This document shows positions 30,362 to 39,856 of a stretch of 64,000 nt of DNA, piece after piece. Source of the DNA: an uncultured archaeon (lineage in GTDB: Archaea > Thermoproteota > Bathyarchaeia > Bathyarchaeales > Bathycorpusculaceae); contig CAWENF010000027.1 of the NCBI GenBank assembly GCA_963810275.1, positions 23,655-87,654 of the forward strand. Reading direction: 5' to 3'. The position numbers and the translations under genes are program-made. The notes under the pieces are model-generated. The model was not told the origin of the DNA and ran no database searches. It saw nothing but the letters and a program-made list of their open reading frames with translations. The first letter of the stretch is position 1; each line of letters begins with the position of its first letter.

Positions 30362-31114
30362 TTAGGCTTTTTTGAGTTTCGCACGGTACTCTCTTAAACG
30401 CGCCATATCCAAATCCCCCGTTAAGATGGAATCTTCGGGCGCATCCGTTACTTCAACTAAAATTCCCCATGGCGCAATAATAGCGCTTCTGCCGCCACGC
30501 ATGTTTGACGATACGTTGCCGACTTTAAGGACGAACACTCCGTAATCACGAGCGATGCCCTCGGTCAGCGGGTGTCCTTTAACGGTGGGATGAGCTCCCA
30601 TAGCTGCCACTGGAAGCGTGATAATTTCGGCGCCTAACTCTGCTACCTTCTTAACTAAGGCAGGGTCAAATGTGTCAGCGCACACAATCATCCCAAGCTT
30701 GCCAAAGTCAGAATCAAAAACCATTGGAGTACAGCCTCGGGAAACGCCAGCGTCCACCTCTGCCTGTATAGGGTTGATTTTCTTGTAGCTCGCCAGCAAC
30801 TCGCCGTTTCTCCAAAGCGTGCAGGTGTTGTAAAATTTACTGCCGTCTTCTTGAAGTACGCTACCGCCGAGCAGGTAGATGTCGCCGATTTCTTCCGAGA
30901 TTTCTTGTAGGAACTCGAGAGTTTGGTTGCAGGTTTCGCGGCTGATTTTGGGTGCATCGTTGAAGTGTGCCATGCAGTTTGGGACGGTGAAGTATTCGGG
31001 TAGCGCTATTAGGGCTGGTTGGTCTTTTGCGGCTTTACGCACTGCGGTTTTGGCTGCTTTGAGGTTTTCTTGGAGGGTTTGGCGGATTCCCATGTGGAGT
31101 ACACTGACTTTCAT
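30362..31114 (-). CDS. Carbon-nitrogen hydrolase (nitrilase superfamily)
   Basis: Glu-Lys-Cys triad: LPEYF, YKKINP, IVCAD; GRSAIIAPWG. Start placed at MKVSVL (31114). Confidence 0.9.
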   Translation of the reverse strand: MKVSVLHMGIRQTLQENLKAAKTAVRKAAKDQPALIALPEYFTVPNCMAHFNDAPKISRETCNQTLEFLQEISEEIGDIYLLGGSVLQEDGSKFYNTCTLWRNGELLASYKKINPIQAEVDAGVSRGCTPMVFDSDFGKLGMIVCADTFDPALVKKVAELGAEIITLPVAAMGAHPTVKGHPLTEGIARDYGVFVLKVGNVSSNMRGGRSAIIAPWGILVEVTDAPEDSILTGDLDMARLREYRAKLKKA

Positions 31115-31367
31115 GTCTGGTCCTTGGGGATATGGTTTGGTGATGGGTTTTAAGCTTACGGTCGGCAGCGAAGTTATTGTCGTTTTTGTCGCTCTGCTTT
31201 TAGGTTGGTTGGCTAATTCAACCATGTGTTTTATTCTTATATGCATCATTTGTTCAAATTAAAGGGTCATTTTTGCATATGTGTTTACTAATCATTCAGT
31301 TTTATATGCGCCAGTTAACTTTATATGCGCCGCAGATGACAAACACTATAATATCGAGGAATAAATA

Positions 31368-32351
31368 ATGAGCATTAACGAGTCTGAAGTTAGCAAACTC
31401 ATCCCCGAAGTACGCACCCTTGTAAACAGAATCGTCAAAGAAAACGTCGCAGACGGCTTCCTGTTCTCCGCTGGAACCGACACTCAAATCATCGCATACG
31501 AAGCAGTAAAATACAAACCTGACATTCCCTGCTTAACCTTGGCCTTCAAACACGGCCAACCTAAAGACACTGAATACGTAAAAAAAATGGTCGAACTCCT
31601 CCATCTAAAACACGAAACCTACCAGTTCGGCAAAGAAGATGTATACAAATTCTACCCCAAAGTCGTTGAAGCACTTAAAAAATATGACCCTATGGAAATC
31701 CGCAACAGCCTCCCAGTATTCATCGGCTTAACACTGCTTAAACCTAAAGGCATCAAATCCGTCTTTACCGGCGATGCATTAGATGAACTCTTCGGCTATC
31801 CCTGGCAGTTTCACCTGAGCGAGGAACAATTCGCCATAAAGCAGCAGGAGATGTGGGCTGAAATGGGTTTCTCCTCTTTCCCGATGGCTGAATCTATGGG
31901 CATGCAAATTATTGCGCCATATCGCCACCCTGACTTTATGGAGTGGGCCATGAAGTTGCCGATAAAGTACAAAATTAACATGTACAATGGCGTGAAGTAT
32001 GGCAAGTGGATTATGCGTAAAGCCTACGAAGACGTTATACCCAACGATATCATTTGGAGACCAAAAGCGCCGCTTGAGGCTGGAACAGGCACCGAAACGT
32101 TGCGTACCTACTTTAATGATCTTATTGAAGACAAAGAATTCGAGGAGAAGAAAGCTGCCATCAAAGCTGAAGACGACGTGGAAATCCAAGACAAGGAACA
32201 GCTACTTTACTACGAGGTTTTCCGAGAGAAATTTGGCAAACCCAAAGACGTTTTCCCTAAAGTCGAAGGCGCAATCGAATGTCCCAAATGCCACAGTCAC
32301 CTTAAGACAAAGATTTCGTTCTGCAAGATTTGCGGCGCGTACCCAATCTAA
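31368..32351 (+). CDS. Asparagine synthase-like ATP pyrophosphatase (no glutaminase domain) with C-terminal Zn ribbon
   Basis: FSAGTDT (variant PP-loop), TGDALDELFGY, KWIMRKA, WRPKAP; CPKC...CKICG. Confidence 0.85.
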   Translation: MSINESEVSKLIPEVRTLVNRIVKENVADGFLFSAGTDTQIIAYEAVKYKPDIPCLTLAFKHGQPKDTEYVKKMVELLHLKHETYQFGKEDVYKFYPKVVEALKKYDPMEIRNSLPVFIGLTLLKPKGIKSVFTGDALDELFGYPWQFHLSEEQFAIKQQEMWAEMGFSSFPMAESMGMQIIAPYRHPDFMEWAMKLPIKYKINMYNGVKYGKWIMRKAYEDVIPNDIIWRPKAPLEAGTGTETLRTYFNDLIEDKEFEEKKAAIKAEDDVEIQDKEQLLYYEVFREKFGKPKDVFPKVEGAIECPKCHSHLKTKISFCKICGAYPI

Positions 32352-32525
32352 CTCTTTTCTTTTTTGTTTTTGTTGTTCTGTTTTTGTACCTGATTGTATA
32401 CCTGACAGCGACACTCGACTGAAAAAGACAACTCAGAAGCTTAAAGAAATTACCAAGATCTCTTTGCTAAATGATCAGATAGTGAAAACGAATTTAAAAA
32501 ACAAAAAAGAAGAAAGAATAAAAAT

Positions 32526-33638
32526 TTACTTTTTGATTTGTGCGAGTTTTTCTGCCCTCTGCACTTCTTCAAGCAACTTGGGGTTATCACGTAGAACCTT
32601 AGGGATATAGTTGCATGCTGGGTCAGAAGCGTACAGGTCACCTGTATAGAATTCGGCGCGTGTCCTGCATCCTCCGCAGATTTCTCGATACTCACAGTAT
32701 CCGCATCTGCCTTTGAGGTTGTTTTTGTCTCTGAGTTTGAGGTGGAATTCGCTGTGTTGGAGTTGTTCCCATGCGTCGCTAAGTTTGGTTTCATTGACGT
32801 TGCCGACGCGATAGCCTTCGTGGAAGCCGCAGCTGCGGTAGTCACCGTTTTCGGTGATGCCAATGTAGTTGCCGCCGATGGTGCATCTGCCGAGGTAGCC
32901 TTCGTTGTACCATTCCCAGAAATCAGAGGTGTTTTTCTGTTTGACAATGCGGGCGTAGAAGGGTGAGTAAACGTTTACTTTGACTTTACCGTAGAGTCGG
33001 CGTTGGATGTTGTAAATTTCGTTGAAAGCAGTTTCATATTCTTCTGGTGTTGGGGCTATGTCTTCCATATGTTCGCCTGCGCGCCCAACCGGCACAAGGT
33101 TATGATAAACTACGCTGCGGGCGTGAAAATCTTCTGCTAACTGTGCAGTGTGGGGCAAGTCTTGGATGTTGAACTTAGTCATAGTTGTGACTAAGCAGTC
33201 CAAGAGTCCGACGCTGCTAAGCTGCTTCATAGCGTTTAGGGCTTTTTCGTAGCCGCCTTGGCGTCTGATTCTGTCGTTTGTCTCTTTGGTGCCATCAATG
33301 CTGATAGCGGTCTTTACGTTATACTTTGTTAGTTTGTCAAAGCGGTCTTTATCCCACGCGTAGCCGCTTGTAATAAGACTCACGTTTAAGCCGTGTTCTT
33401 TTTCGGCGTACTCGATGATTTCCCAGATGTCTGGGCGAACCAAAGGTTCTCCACCGCTGATTCCGAACCATTGCGAACCAAATTCCGCAATCTCATCAAC
33501 CATGTGTTTGGCTTGTTCGGTGGTTAACTCTTGGTCTTTGGCATAATCTTTAATGTAGCTGCAATACGTGCAAGTGCCAACGCAGTTGCGGGTACACCGC
33601 CACACAACCATAAACAAGGGCGTTGTGGTTGGATTCAT
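32526..33638 (-). CDS. Radical SAM/SPASM enzyme (NirJ/AhbC-D/PqqE-like)
   Basis: CVGTCTYC, SGGEPL, ISIDG, PVGRA; SPASM CTIG...C...CGYCEYREICGGCR...DPAC. Confidence 0.92.
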   Translation of the reverse strand: MNPTTTPLFMVVWRCTRNCVGTCTYCSYIKDYAKDQELTTEQAKHMVDEIAEFGSQWFGISGGEPLVRPDIWEIIEYAEKEHGLNVSLITSGYAWDKDRFDKLTKYNVKTAISIDGTKETNDRIRRQGGYEKALNAMKQLSSVGLLDCLVTTMTKFNIQDLPHTAQLAEDFHARSVVYHNLVPVGRAGEHMEDIAPTPEEYETAFNEIYNIQRRLYGKVKVNVYSPFYARIVKQKNTSDFWEWYNEGYLGRCTIGGNYIGITENGDYRSCGFHEGYRVGNVNETKLSDAWEQLQHSEFHLKLRDKNNLKGRCGYCEYREICGGCRTRAEFYTGDLYASDPACNYIPKVLRDNPKLLEEVQRAEKLAQIKK

Positions 33639-33752
33639 TTATTTCACAGTGGAGAATAGATTTGCCCTGATGATATAAAATTTACTCTGAGATTATGCTT
33701 TTCTACTTATTTCCCTTAGTCGCAATGGAGCCACAACTTGGACAATTAAATT

Positions 33753-34211
33753 CTACTCACTTGGCGAACCACTTCGCAATCGTCTACTCTGCAAATAACC
33801 TTCAGCTGCGAAAACAGTAAACGCCGCCCCAGTAATAAGCGTGAGAAGTAAGAAGAAAACTTTGAATTCGTAGGTTTCTACCGAAAAATGAATTGCTAAA
33901 ATCGCAAACTCGACAATCAAGATGCCCAAGAAAATCGCAGCGTACAAATACATTTTAGGCAGCAGGCGTTTTCCCAGCCAAGTCATTTCCCTAAGGGGTG
34001 CCTTGCGTTTAACTGTGTATTCGCCGTACGCGTTTTTAGCTAAATAGTCGAGGTCTTCGAGTTTTTGCAGGTGCCGATACGCGACACTGGGGCTGCTCAA
34101 GTTTACGCCTTTTGTGACTTCTCGAGGGCCCACAGGCGTAGCTTTTTTGGCTACATATAAGTACACGGTTAAGGTGATTCCTTCAAGTTCCTCGGTGCAG
34201 GTTTTTCCCAC
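33753..34211 (-). CDS. wHTH transcription-factor-like protein with two C-terminal TM helices
   Basis: VGPREV...NLSSPSVAYRHLQKL..L.Y..KN.YGEY followed by two hydrophobic segments. Confidence 0.8.
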   Translation of the reverse strand: MGKTCTEELEGITLTVYLYVAKKATPVGPREVTKGVNLSSPSVAYRHLQKLEDLDYLAKNAYGEYTVKRKAPLREMTWLGKRLLPKMYLYAAIFLGILIVEFAILAIHFSVETYEFKVFFLLLTLITGAAFTVFAAEGYLQSRRLRSGSPSE

Positions 34212-34426
34212 TTCTTGTTCCTCGGCAATACCTGATATTCAGGCCAGTGCCGTATTAGTTTTGCTTAGTTATCCACTTTTGCTGCTTCTGTGCTTCTGCT
34301 GTTTTTGGAAAAAAAGTCTTATTCCACCCTTTAGAACGGAGTTTTCGCTTGCTTTTTAAGTGTTCGCGAAAAAGTTTAATAAGTGAGCACTCTGAAATAC
34401 CTCTTCATTTGAGAAGGTTAGAATAA

Positions 34427-35553
34427 ATGAGTAACGAAAACTCAACTGAACTAGTTGTAAACCAAGCACCACACATTCATGGTCCAATGACAAAGAATCG
34501 CATAATGCAGCTTACTTTCTTCGCAATTCTCGCAGTCACTATCGTTTCCTCGGCTCTCTGGTCTCAAGTTACTACCCCCTCAGGATGGAACTTGGGTGTA
34601 ACTGTAGCTCTCGGCGCATTCATAGCAGTCGGCATAGCCGTAGTCGTTGACCTGTTAATTGGCAAATTAGCCGTAGACAGCGAAGTTAACACTTGGTCAG
34701 CAGCCGTCTTCGGTTTAATCGTAATTAACTGTTTCACCCTCGGCTACCCAGGCATGGCAGTAGGCATGGAAACTGGCGTACCTGTCGAAGCACCACTCGC
34801 ATTCTTCTACATAGCATTAATCTCGCTCATAGGTCTCGTTGTTTTCAAGAAAGTCGCAAGCTTAGCTGGCCACAAACCCGTAAACCCTGCCGCAGCAGCT
34901 AAATTCCTTGTCTTGCTTCCAGCAACAGCCACTACTCTACTCACAAGCTGGCACCTTAAAACTGGCCTGCTTCAGGTACCCTCACTGTCAGGTCCAATCG
35001 GCGCTGTTATCGTGGGTGGAAACGGCGGACCAACTGGCTACTTTCATTTGCAGGTTACCTACAAACTTGCTACGCTTTACCCACGAGCCCAAGACTCTAC
35101 CCAGTGTAGAGGAAATTATGTTGTTAACGAAATTCCACGGATGGGTCGGTGGAGCATAGCAGCATCGCAGTAATAATCGCAGGTGTCGCACTATTCGTTA
35201 TCGGTCGCAAATACTTCAAATGGAGAATCACCGCAAGCTACCTAGTCGCAATCGCAATTCTCTCAGTCATGTTCTCAGCAATCTTTGGCGATGCAGACTT
35301 TACCACAAGACTGCTCTTCGAACTATTCATAGGTAGCTCAATATTCATGGCGTTCTTCATGGCAACAGACCCCGCTACAACACCCTATAATGGCGTAGGA
35401 CAAATCATCTTCGGCATTGGCTTAGCAGTTTTGACCATACTGATACAAACCTTTATGGGCTTCTTCGGCGGTTCACTACTTGCATTACTAATCATGAACC
35501 TGATTGTACCGTTCATCGATAAAGTTCGCTTAAACAAACCCTTTGGAGAGTAA
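34427..35553 (+). CDS. rnfD: RnfD/NqrB-family membrane subunit, split by two frameshifts
   Basis: APHIHG, NPAAAA, FFMATDPATTP, motifs spread over ORFs 34427, 34908 and 35149. Confidence 0.8.
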
Positions 35554-35558
35554 ATAAA

Positions 35559-36839
35559 ATGGCAAACTTAGTATCTATCCCAGAAGTAAAAGATGTCGCG
35601 CGAAAAACACCCATCGAAATCTTTCCAGACCCCAAAATCGCAGTAGTCTTAACCAACCAGCAAGTCGGAGCAACCAACGTTCCAACAGTCAAAGTCGGCG
35701 ACGCAGTTATAATCGGACAGAAAATCGCAGACGTAGATGCCAAAATCAGCGCGCCAGTTCACAGCCCAATCTGCGGTAAAGTCATAAAAATCGAAAATGC
35801 ATTCAACAGCTGCTTTGAAGCACCAACCGAAGCTATCTACATCGAAAACGACGGCAAAAAAACTGTTGACAAAGCAATAACACCCATAAAAGAAACAGAG
35901 TTAGCAACAACCAAAAACGAGGATCTCCTAAAAATCATCCGTGAAGCAGGCATCATCGGCATGGGCGGCGCAGGTTTCCCATCATCCGTTAAGTTGGCTG
36001 TTCCAGCGGACAAGAAAATCAAGTACCTCCTCGTTAACGGCGCAGAAGGCGAACCCTACGACACAGCCGACGAACGCATAATGATCGAGAAAACCGCAAA
36101 CCTAGTTCGCGGTGTTCGCGTTGTACGCAAGATTTTGGGTAACCCCAAAGTTATCGTTGTCACCAAAGAAAGCAAAGCTGAAGCTGTACCTAAACTTCAA
36201 CAAGCATTCGCTAACGAACCAGACACTGAAGTTCGCGTGTTGCACCTCACCTATCAGCAGGGTGACGCAGGCCTGATGCAAAAAGCTATCCTCGGATATG
36301 AGCAGCCTTCAGGTAAACGCAGCTATGAAATGGGCACCATCGTCCAGAACGTAGCCACGATGAACGCAATCGCAAACGCAGTCTTTGAAGGTGAACCTCT
36401 CATAAGCAGAGTCACAGCTCTCAACGGTGACTTACCAAAACCAAAGAACCTGATGGTGAAAATCGGTACCCCAATCAACAACATACTTAGCGCAAACAAC
36501 GTCTCTAACATTGGTGCGGTTGTCGTCGGCGGAGTAATGATGGGAACAGCACTCCAAGAAACCGCCGCTCCCATTACTAAACGTACCTCAAGCATAATTG
36601 TCTTCAACAAAGCCCACGCCAAAGCAAAAAAACAAACTGCATGTATTCATTGCGGTAGATGTGTCAGCGCATGTCCAGTACGTCTGCAGCCAGTAGCTAT
36701 CTACAACGCCGTCGTTAAAGGTGACTTCGAGAAGGCATCCAAACTGTACGCCAAAGACTGTATTATGTGTGGAACTTGCTCGTATGTTTGCCCAGCCAAC
36801 TTGCCATTAGCGTTCAACGTTAAGATGGCGCGTCAATAG
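35559..36839 (+). CDS. rnfC: RnfC-family FMN/Fe-S electron transfer subunit
   Basis: APVHSPICGKV, AGIIGMGGAGFP..VKL, NGAEGEPY..AD, GGVMMG, CIHCGRCVSACP and CIMCGTCSYVCP. Confidence 0.92.
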   Translation: MANLVSIPEVKDVARKTPIEIFPDPKIAVVLTNQQVGATNVPTVKVGDAVIIGQKIADVDAKISAPVHSPICGKVIKIENAFNSCFEAPTEAIYIENDGKKTVDKAITPIKETELATTKNEDLLKIIREAGIIGMGGAGFPSSVKLAVPADKKIKYLLVNGAEGEPYDTADERIMIEKTANLVRGVRVVRKILGNPKVIVVTKESKAEAVPKLQQAFANEPDTEVRVLHLTYQQGDAGLMQKAILGYEQPSGKRSYEMGTIVQNVATMNAIANAVFEGEPLISRVTALNGDLPKPKNLMVKIGTPINNILSANNVSNIGAVVVGGVMMGTALQETAAPITKRTSSIIVFNKAHAKAKKQTACIHCGRCVSACPVRLQPVAIYNAVVKGDFEKASKLYAKDCIMCGTCSYVCPANLPLAFNVKMARQ

Positions 36840-36840
36840 C

Positions 36841-36868
36841 CCCTATCTTCCCTTTTTATCTTTTCTTT
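36841..36868 (+). terminator. Pyrimidine-rich terminator after rnfC
   Basis: CCCTATCTTCCCTTTTTATCTTTTCTTT after the TAG. Confidence 0.45.
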
Positions 36869-37024
36869 AATTAATCTCGACTTAGCAACATTATATCTAC
36901 TTAACGTGTTTGAAGCATATGTCCTTTATGCTGGTTATTATGACATTATTTTTTAACATACCAAGCTTTCAAGCATTAAACTTATAAACCCGCCACAATG
37001 TAAAGATAAAGTAAAGGGAAAAAA

Positions 37025-37690
37025 ATGGCAGAAGATAACAGATTTAAACTATCAGACATTTTCGGCGGCATTATAATTCCCATAATTCTAGTAATACTAA
37101 TCTATGTTTTGGCGGTCTACGTTAACATTGGCGGTCAGAATCACATTCTTGGTGAAGATAATGTCATTGGTGTGATTCTGACAAGCGGCTTTGCACAGAT
37201 GATTATTCTTGGTGTCCCACTTGTGTTGGGTTTGCTGTGGAATAAATGGGCTGGTGGAGCTGCAGGTTTCATCATGGGTGGTATGTACTACGTTGCAAGT
37301 GCAGGTCAATACAATGGACTCTTTTCAAGCATGGGCGTTACTCAATATAATTTCTTTGGCGATGTGAGTATGCTCTTCTGGATAGTTTACGGTGTAACCA
37401 TCGGCTACATGGCAGGCTCATTAAACAATGGATCAACCAACTTTAAACGAATGCTCCTCTCTGGTCTAACTGCTTCGATAATAATTTCGGTCGTCAAAGC
37501 ATACATGAACTACACTGTTGCGCTTGAACCTGGACGAAACATGGCAGTAGACGCTTGGGCAGTAGATCCATTGATGGCAGTTGTAACAAACTTTGTACCC
37601 CTGATTGCTTTAGGTGTGATCGTTCCGATTCTTGCCAAAGTAATGACTTGGTACGGCCTTCAGCCACAAAAGCACAGTATGGGCTATTAA
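37025..37690 (+). CDS. Uncharacterised ~6-TM membrane protein, tandem copy 1
   Basis: Hydrophobic profile; GLLWNKWAGGAAGF motif; near-identical to the next gene. Confidence 0.85.
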   Translation: MAEDNRFKLSDIFGGIIIPIILVILIYVLAVYVNIGGQNHILGEDNVIGVILTSGFAQMIILGVPLVLGLLWNKWAGGAAGFIMGGMYYVASAGQYNGLFSSMGVTQYNFFGDVSMLFWIVYGVTIGYMAGSLNNGSTNFKRMLLSGLTASIIISVVKAYMNYTVALEPGRNMAVDAWAVDPLMAVVTNFVPLIALGVIVPILAKVMTWYGLQPQKHSMGY

Positions 37691-38357
37691 ACAAAAAAGG
37701 GATAAAACATGGCAGAAAACAAACTTAAAATATCATCAATCTTAGACGGCATAGCAATTCCGTTAATATTAGTCCTGCTCGTTTTTGTTTTTGCGGTCTA
37801 CATTAACGTTGGCGGTCAAAATCACATTCTCGGTGCAGATAATGTCATTGCAGTGATTCTTGTCTCAGGCTTTGCAGAAATGATCATCCTTGGTATCCCG
37901 CTTGTTCTAGGTTTGCTCTGGAATAAATGGGCTGGTGGAGCTGCTGGCTTCATCATGGGTGGTATGTACTACGTTGCAAGTGCAGGTCAATACAATGGAC
38001 TCTTTTCAAGCATGGGCGTTACTCAATATAATTTCTTTGGCGATGTGAGTATGCTCTTCTGGATAGTTTACGGTGTAACCATCGGCTACATGGCAGGCTC
38101 ATTAAACAATGGATCAACCAACTTTAAACGAATGCTAGGCGCAGGCTTAACTGCTTCGATAATAATTTCGGTCGTCAAAGCATACATGAACTACACTGTT
38201 GCGCTTGAACCTGGACGAAACATGGCAGTAGACGCTTGGGCAGTAGATCCATTGATGGCAGTTGTAACAAACTTTGTACCCCTGATTGCTTTAGGTGTGA
38301 TCGTTCCGATTCTTGCCAAAGTAATGACTTGGTACGGCCTTCAGCCACAAAAGCACA
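37268..38357 (+). repeat. Direct repeat (681-bp offset): identical blocks 37268-37455/37949-38136 and 37467-37676/38148-38357
   Basis: Direct nucleotide comparison of the two genes. Confidence 0.9.
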
Positions 38358-38368
38358 TGGGATACTAA
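37709..38368 (+). CDS. Uncharacterised ~6-TM membrane protein, tandem copy 2
   Basis: As copy 1; differs mainly in the N-terminal third. Confidence 0.85.
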   Translation: MAENKLKISSILDGIAIPLILVLLVFVFAVYINVGGQNHILGADNVIAVILVSGFAEMIILGIPLVLGLLWNKWAGGAAGFIMGGMYYVASAGQYNGLFSSMGVTQYNFFGDVSMLFWIVYGVTIGYMAGSLNNGSTNFKRMLGAGLTASIIISVVKAYMNYTVALEPGRNMAVDAWAVDPLMAVVTNFVPLIALGVIVPILAKVMTWYGLQPQKHMGY

Positions 38369-38451
38369 ATCTCCACTTTCTTTTCTTTTTTGTTTAAAAC
38401 TTTTCAATAGAACCCTAAAACGCAGATTTCTAAAATAATAAGAAAAGAAAC

Positions 38452-39756
38452 TTAGGTTTCTTTTTGGCTTGGAGCAAATTCCCAAGCAATATTGCCTTTC
38501 CAAAGTTCGCCTTTCTTTGTCAAGCGGACTTCGTTTTCATCAGTCTCAAGTAGGCCCTCAGCTTTTAGCTTATCAATCTGCTTGGGAAACACCGCTTCAG
38601 GGGTGGTGCCAAATTTCTCCATGAACTCTTTTTTGCTTACAGGCAACCTGAGGTACAATCTGGACATAGTGCGGCGCATCATATCATCCATCGTAGACTC
38701 AGATAATCTGGAGATGGGCAGTTTGCCTGAACGTACCGTATCCATGTAGGTATGGATGTCTTCGATGTTTGAGTAGCTGAACTTTTGTAGGTAACCCATG
38801 AAGCATCCTGCACCTGTAGTTAAGATGCCGCCCCATGGCCACCCGTTAAGGCAGTTTTCACGCATGTGCCACTCGACGCGGCTATAGCGGTCGTGTCCAA
38901 CTGCGCTGTAGCCTGCCTTCATGAGTGTTTCGTGGGCTTTCATGAAGAGTTGCTTTTCGAATTCTGCGTTGCCCTGTGGAGGGGAAGTGCCGTTTTGAAT
39001 CATCTTTTCAAGGATGGTTCCGGGGTCAACGTGCAGTGAGTAGCAGTCTACTTCTGCGTCTAACTCGATGGTTTTTTTGAGTGTATCTTCCCAGCTATCC
39101 ATTGTTTGGCCGGGTAGGTTGTACATGATGTCTACGCATACAACTAAGCCTAAACTGCGGGCGTATCTGATAGCATCTTCAACGTCTTTTGCGCTGTCTG
39201 GCAAACAGAGGGCTTTGCGTAGTTTGTCGTCAAAGGTTTGTGCACCCATGTCCATCTGGTAGACACCATAGTCGGCGAGTTTCTTTATTTTTGGGATAGC
39301 TAACGTTTTGGATGAGCCAGTGACTTTGATAAAGTATTCTTTGCTTGTGTTAAAGTTGGCTTTGCAGAAGTCGATCAAGTCGATGATTTGCTCCGCACTC
39401 AGCACACTGGGTGTTCCACCGCCCAATACGATTTCGTCGAAGTAGCTTGTTTTTACGTACTTCGTTTTTGCATACATTGTCAGTTCTTTTTTGAGCAGGG
39501 TCAGGTATGTATCTATGTCGACGTTTCGCGACGCGGTGGTTGGGAAGTAGCAAAACGCGCAGCGGCTGTCGCAAACCGAAACCCACGGTTGCAGCTCCAT
39601 TAGTCTACCTGAGGTGTTTTCGGTGTCTAGAAACTTCATGAATGCTTCGTAGGTTTCTGGTTTGATGTCAGGATAATCACGGTAGGTGTATGGGGGCCAG
39701 TTTTCACGTGAGTCATACGCTTCTATCTGGTCTGCGGTTGCAGAGGTTTTTGCCAT
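38452..39756 (-). CDS. HemN/HemW-like (class C-type) radical SAM enzyme
   Basis: CDSRCAFCYF, GGGTPSVL, MGAQTF, DIMYNLPGQT, HemN_C-like RLTKKG. Confidence 0.9.
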   Translation of the reverse strand: MAKTSATADQIEAYDSRENWPPYTYRDYPDIKPETYEAFMKFLDTENTSGRLMELQPWVSVCDSRCAFCYFPTTASRNVDIDTYLTLLKKELTMYAKTKYVKTSYFDEIVLGGGTPSVLSAEQIIDLIDFCKANFNTSKEYFIKVTGSSKTLAIPKIKKLADYGVYQMDMGAQTFDDKLRKALCLPDSAKDVEDAIRYARSLGLVVCVDIMYNLPGQTMDSWEDTLKKTIELDAEVDCYSLHVDPGTILEKMIQNGTSPPQGNAEFEKQLFMKAHETLMKAGYSAVGHDRYSRVEWHMRENCLNGWPWGGILTTGAGCFMGYLQKFSYSNIEDIHTYMDTVRSGKLPISRLSESTMDDMMRRTMSRLYLRLPVSKKEFMEKFGTTPEAVFPKQIDKLKAEGLLETDENEVRLTKKGELWKGNIAWEFAPSQKET

Positions 39757-39856
39757 TGAAATATATCCCCTATTGATTTACGTTAAAACGGGCTGGTAAC
39801 GTAATAAAGTTTACTGGTTCAAAGGTAAATTTGAGAAAAATTTGGAAAGGCACTTT

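Noticed and set aside
31368-32351. Lasso peptide cyclase
   Set aside because: No adjacent B1/B2 (RRE, protease) genes or precursor with a Thr-2/Gly1 pattern.
19060-35160. TAG read-through (pyrrolysine) or TGA (selenocysteine) recoding
   Set aside because: Many intact genes end in TAG at the expected position. Internal stops occur only in decayed genes or at frameshifts. No pyl or sel genes are present.
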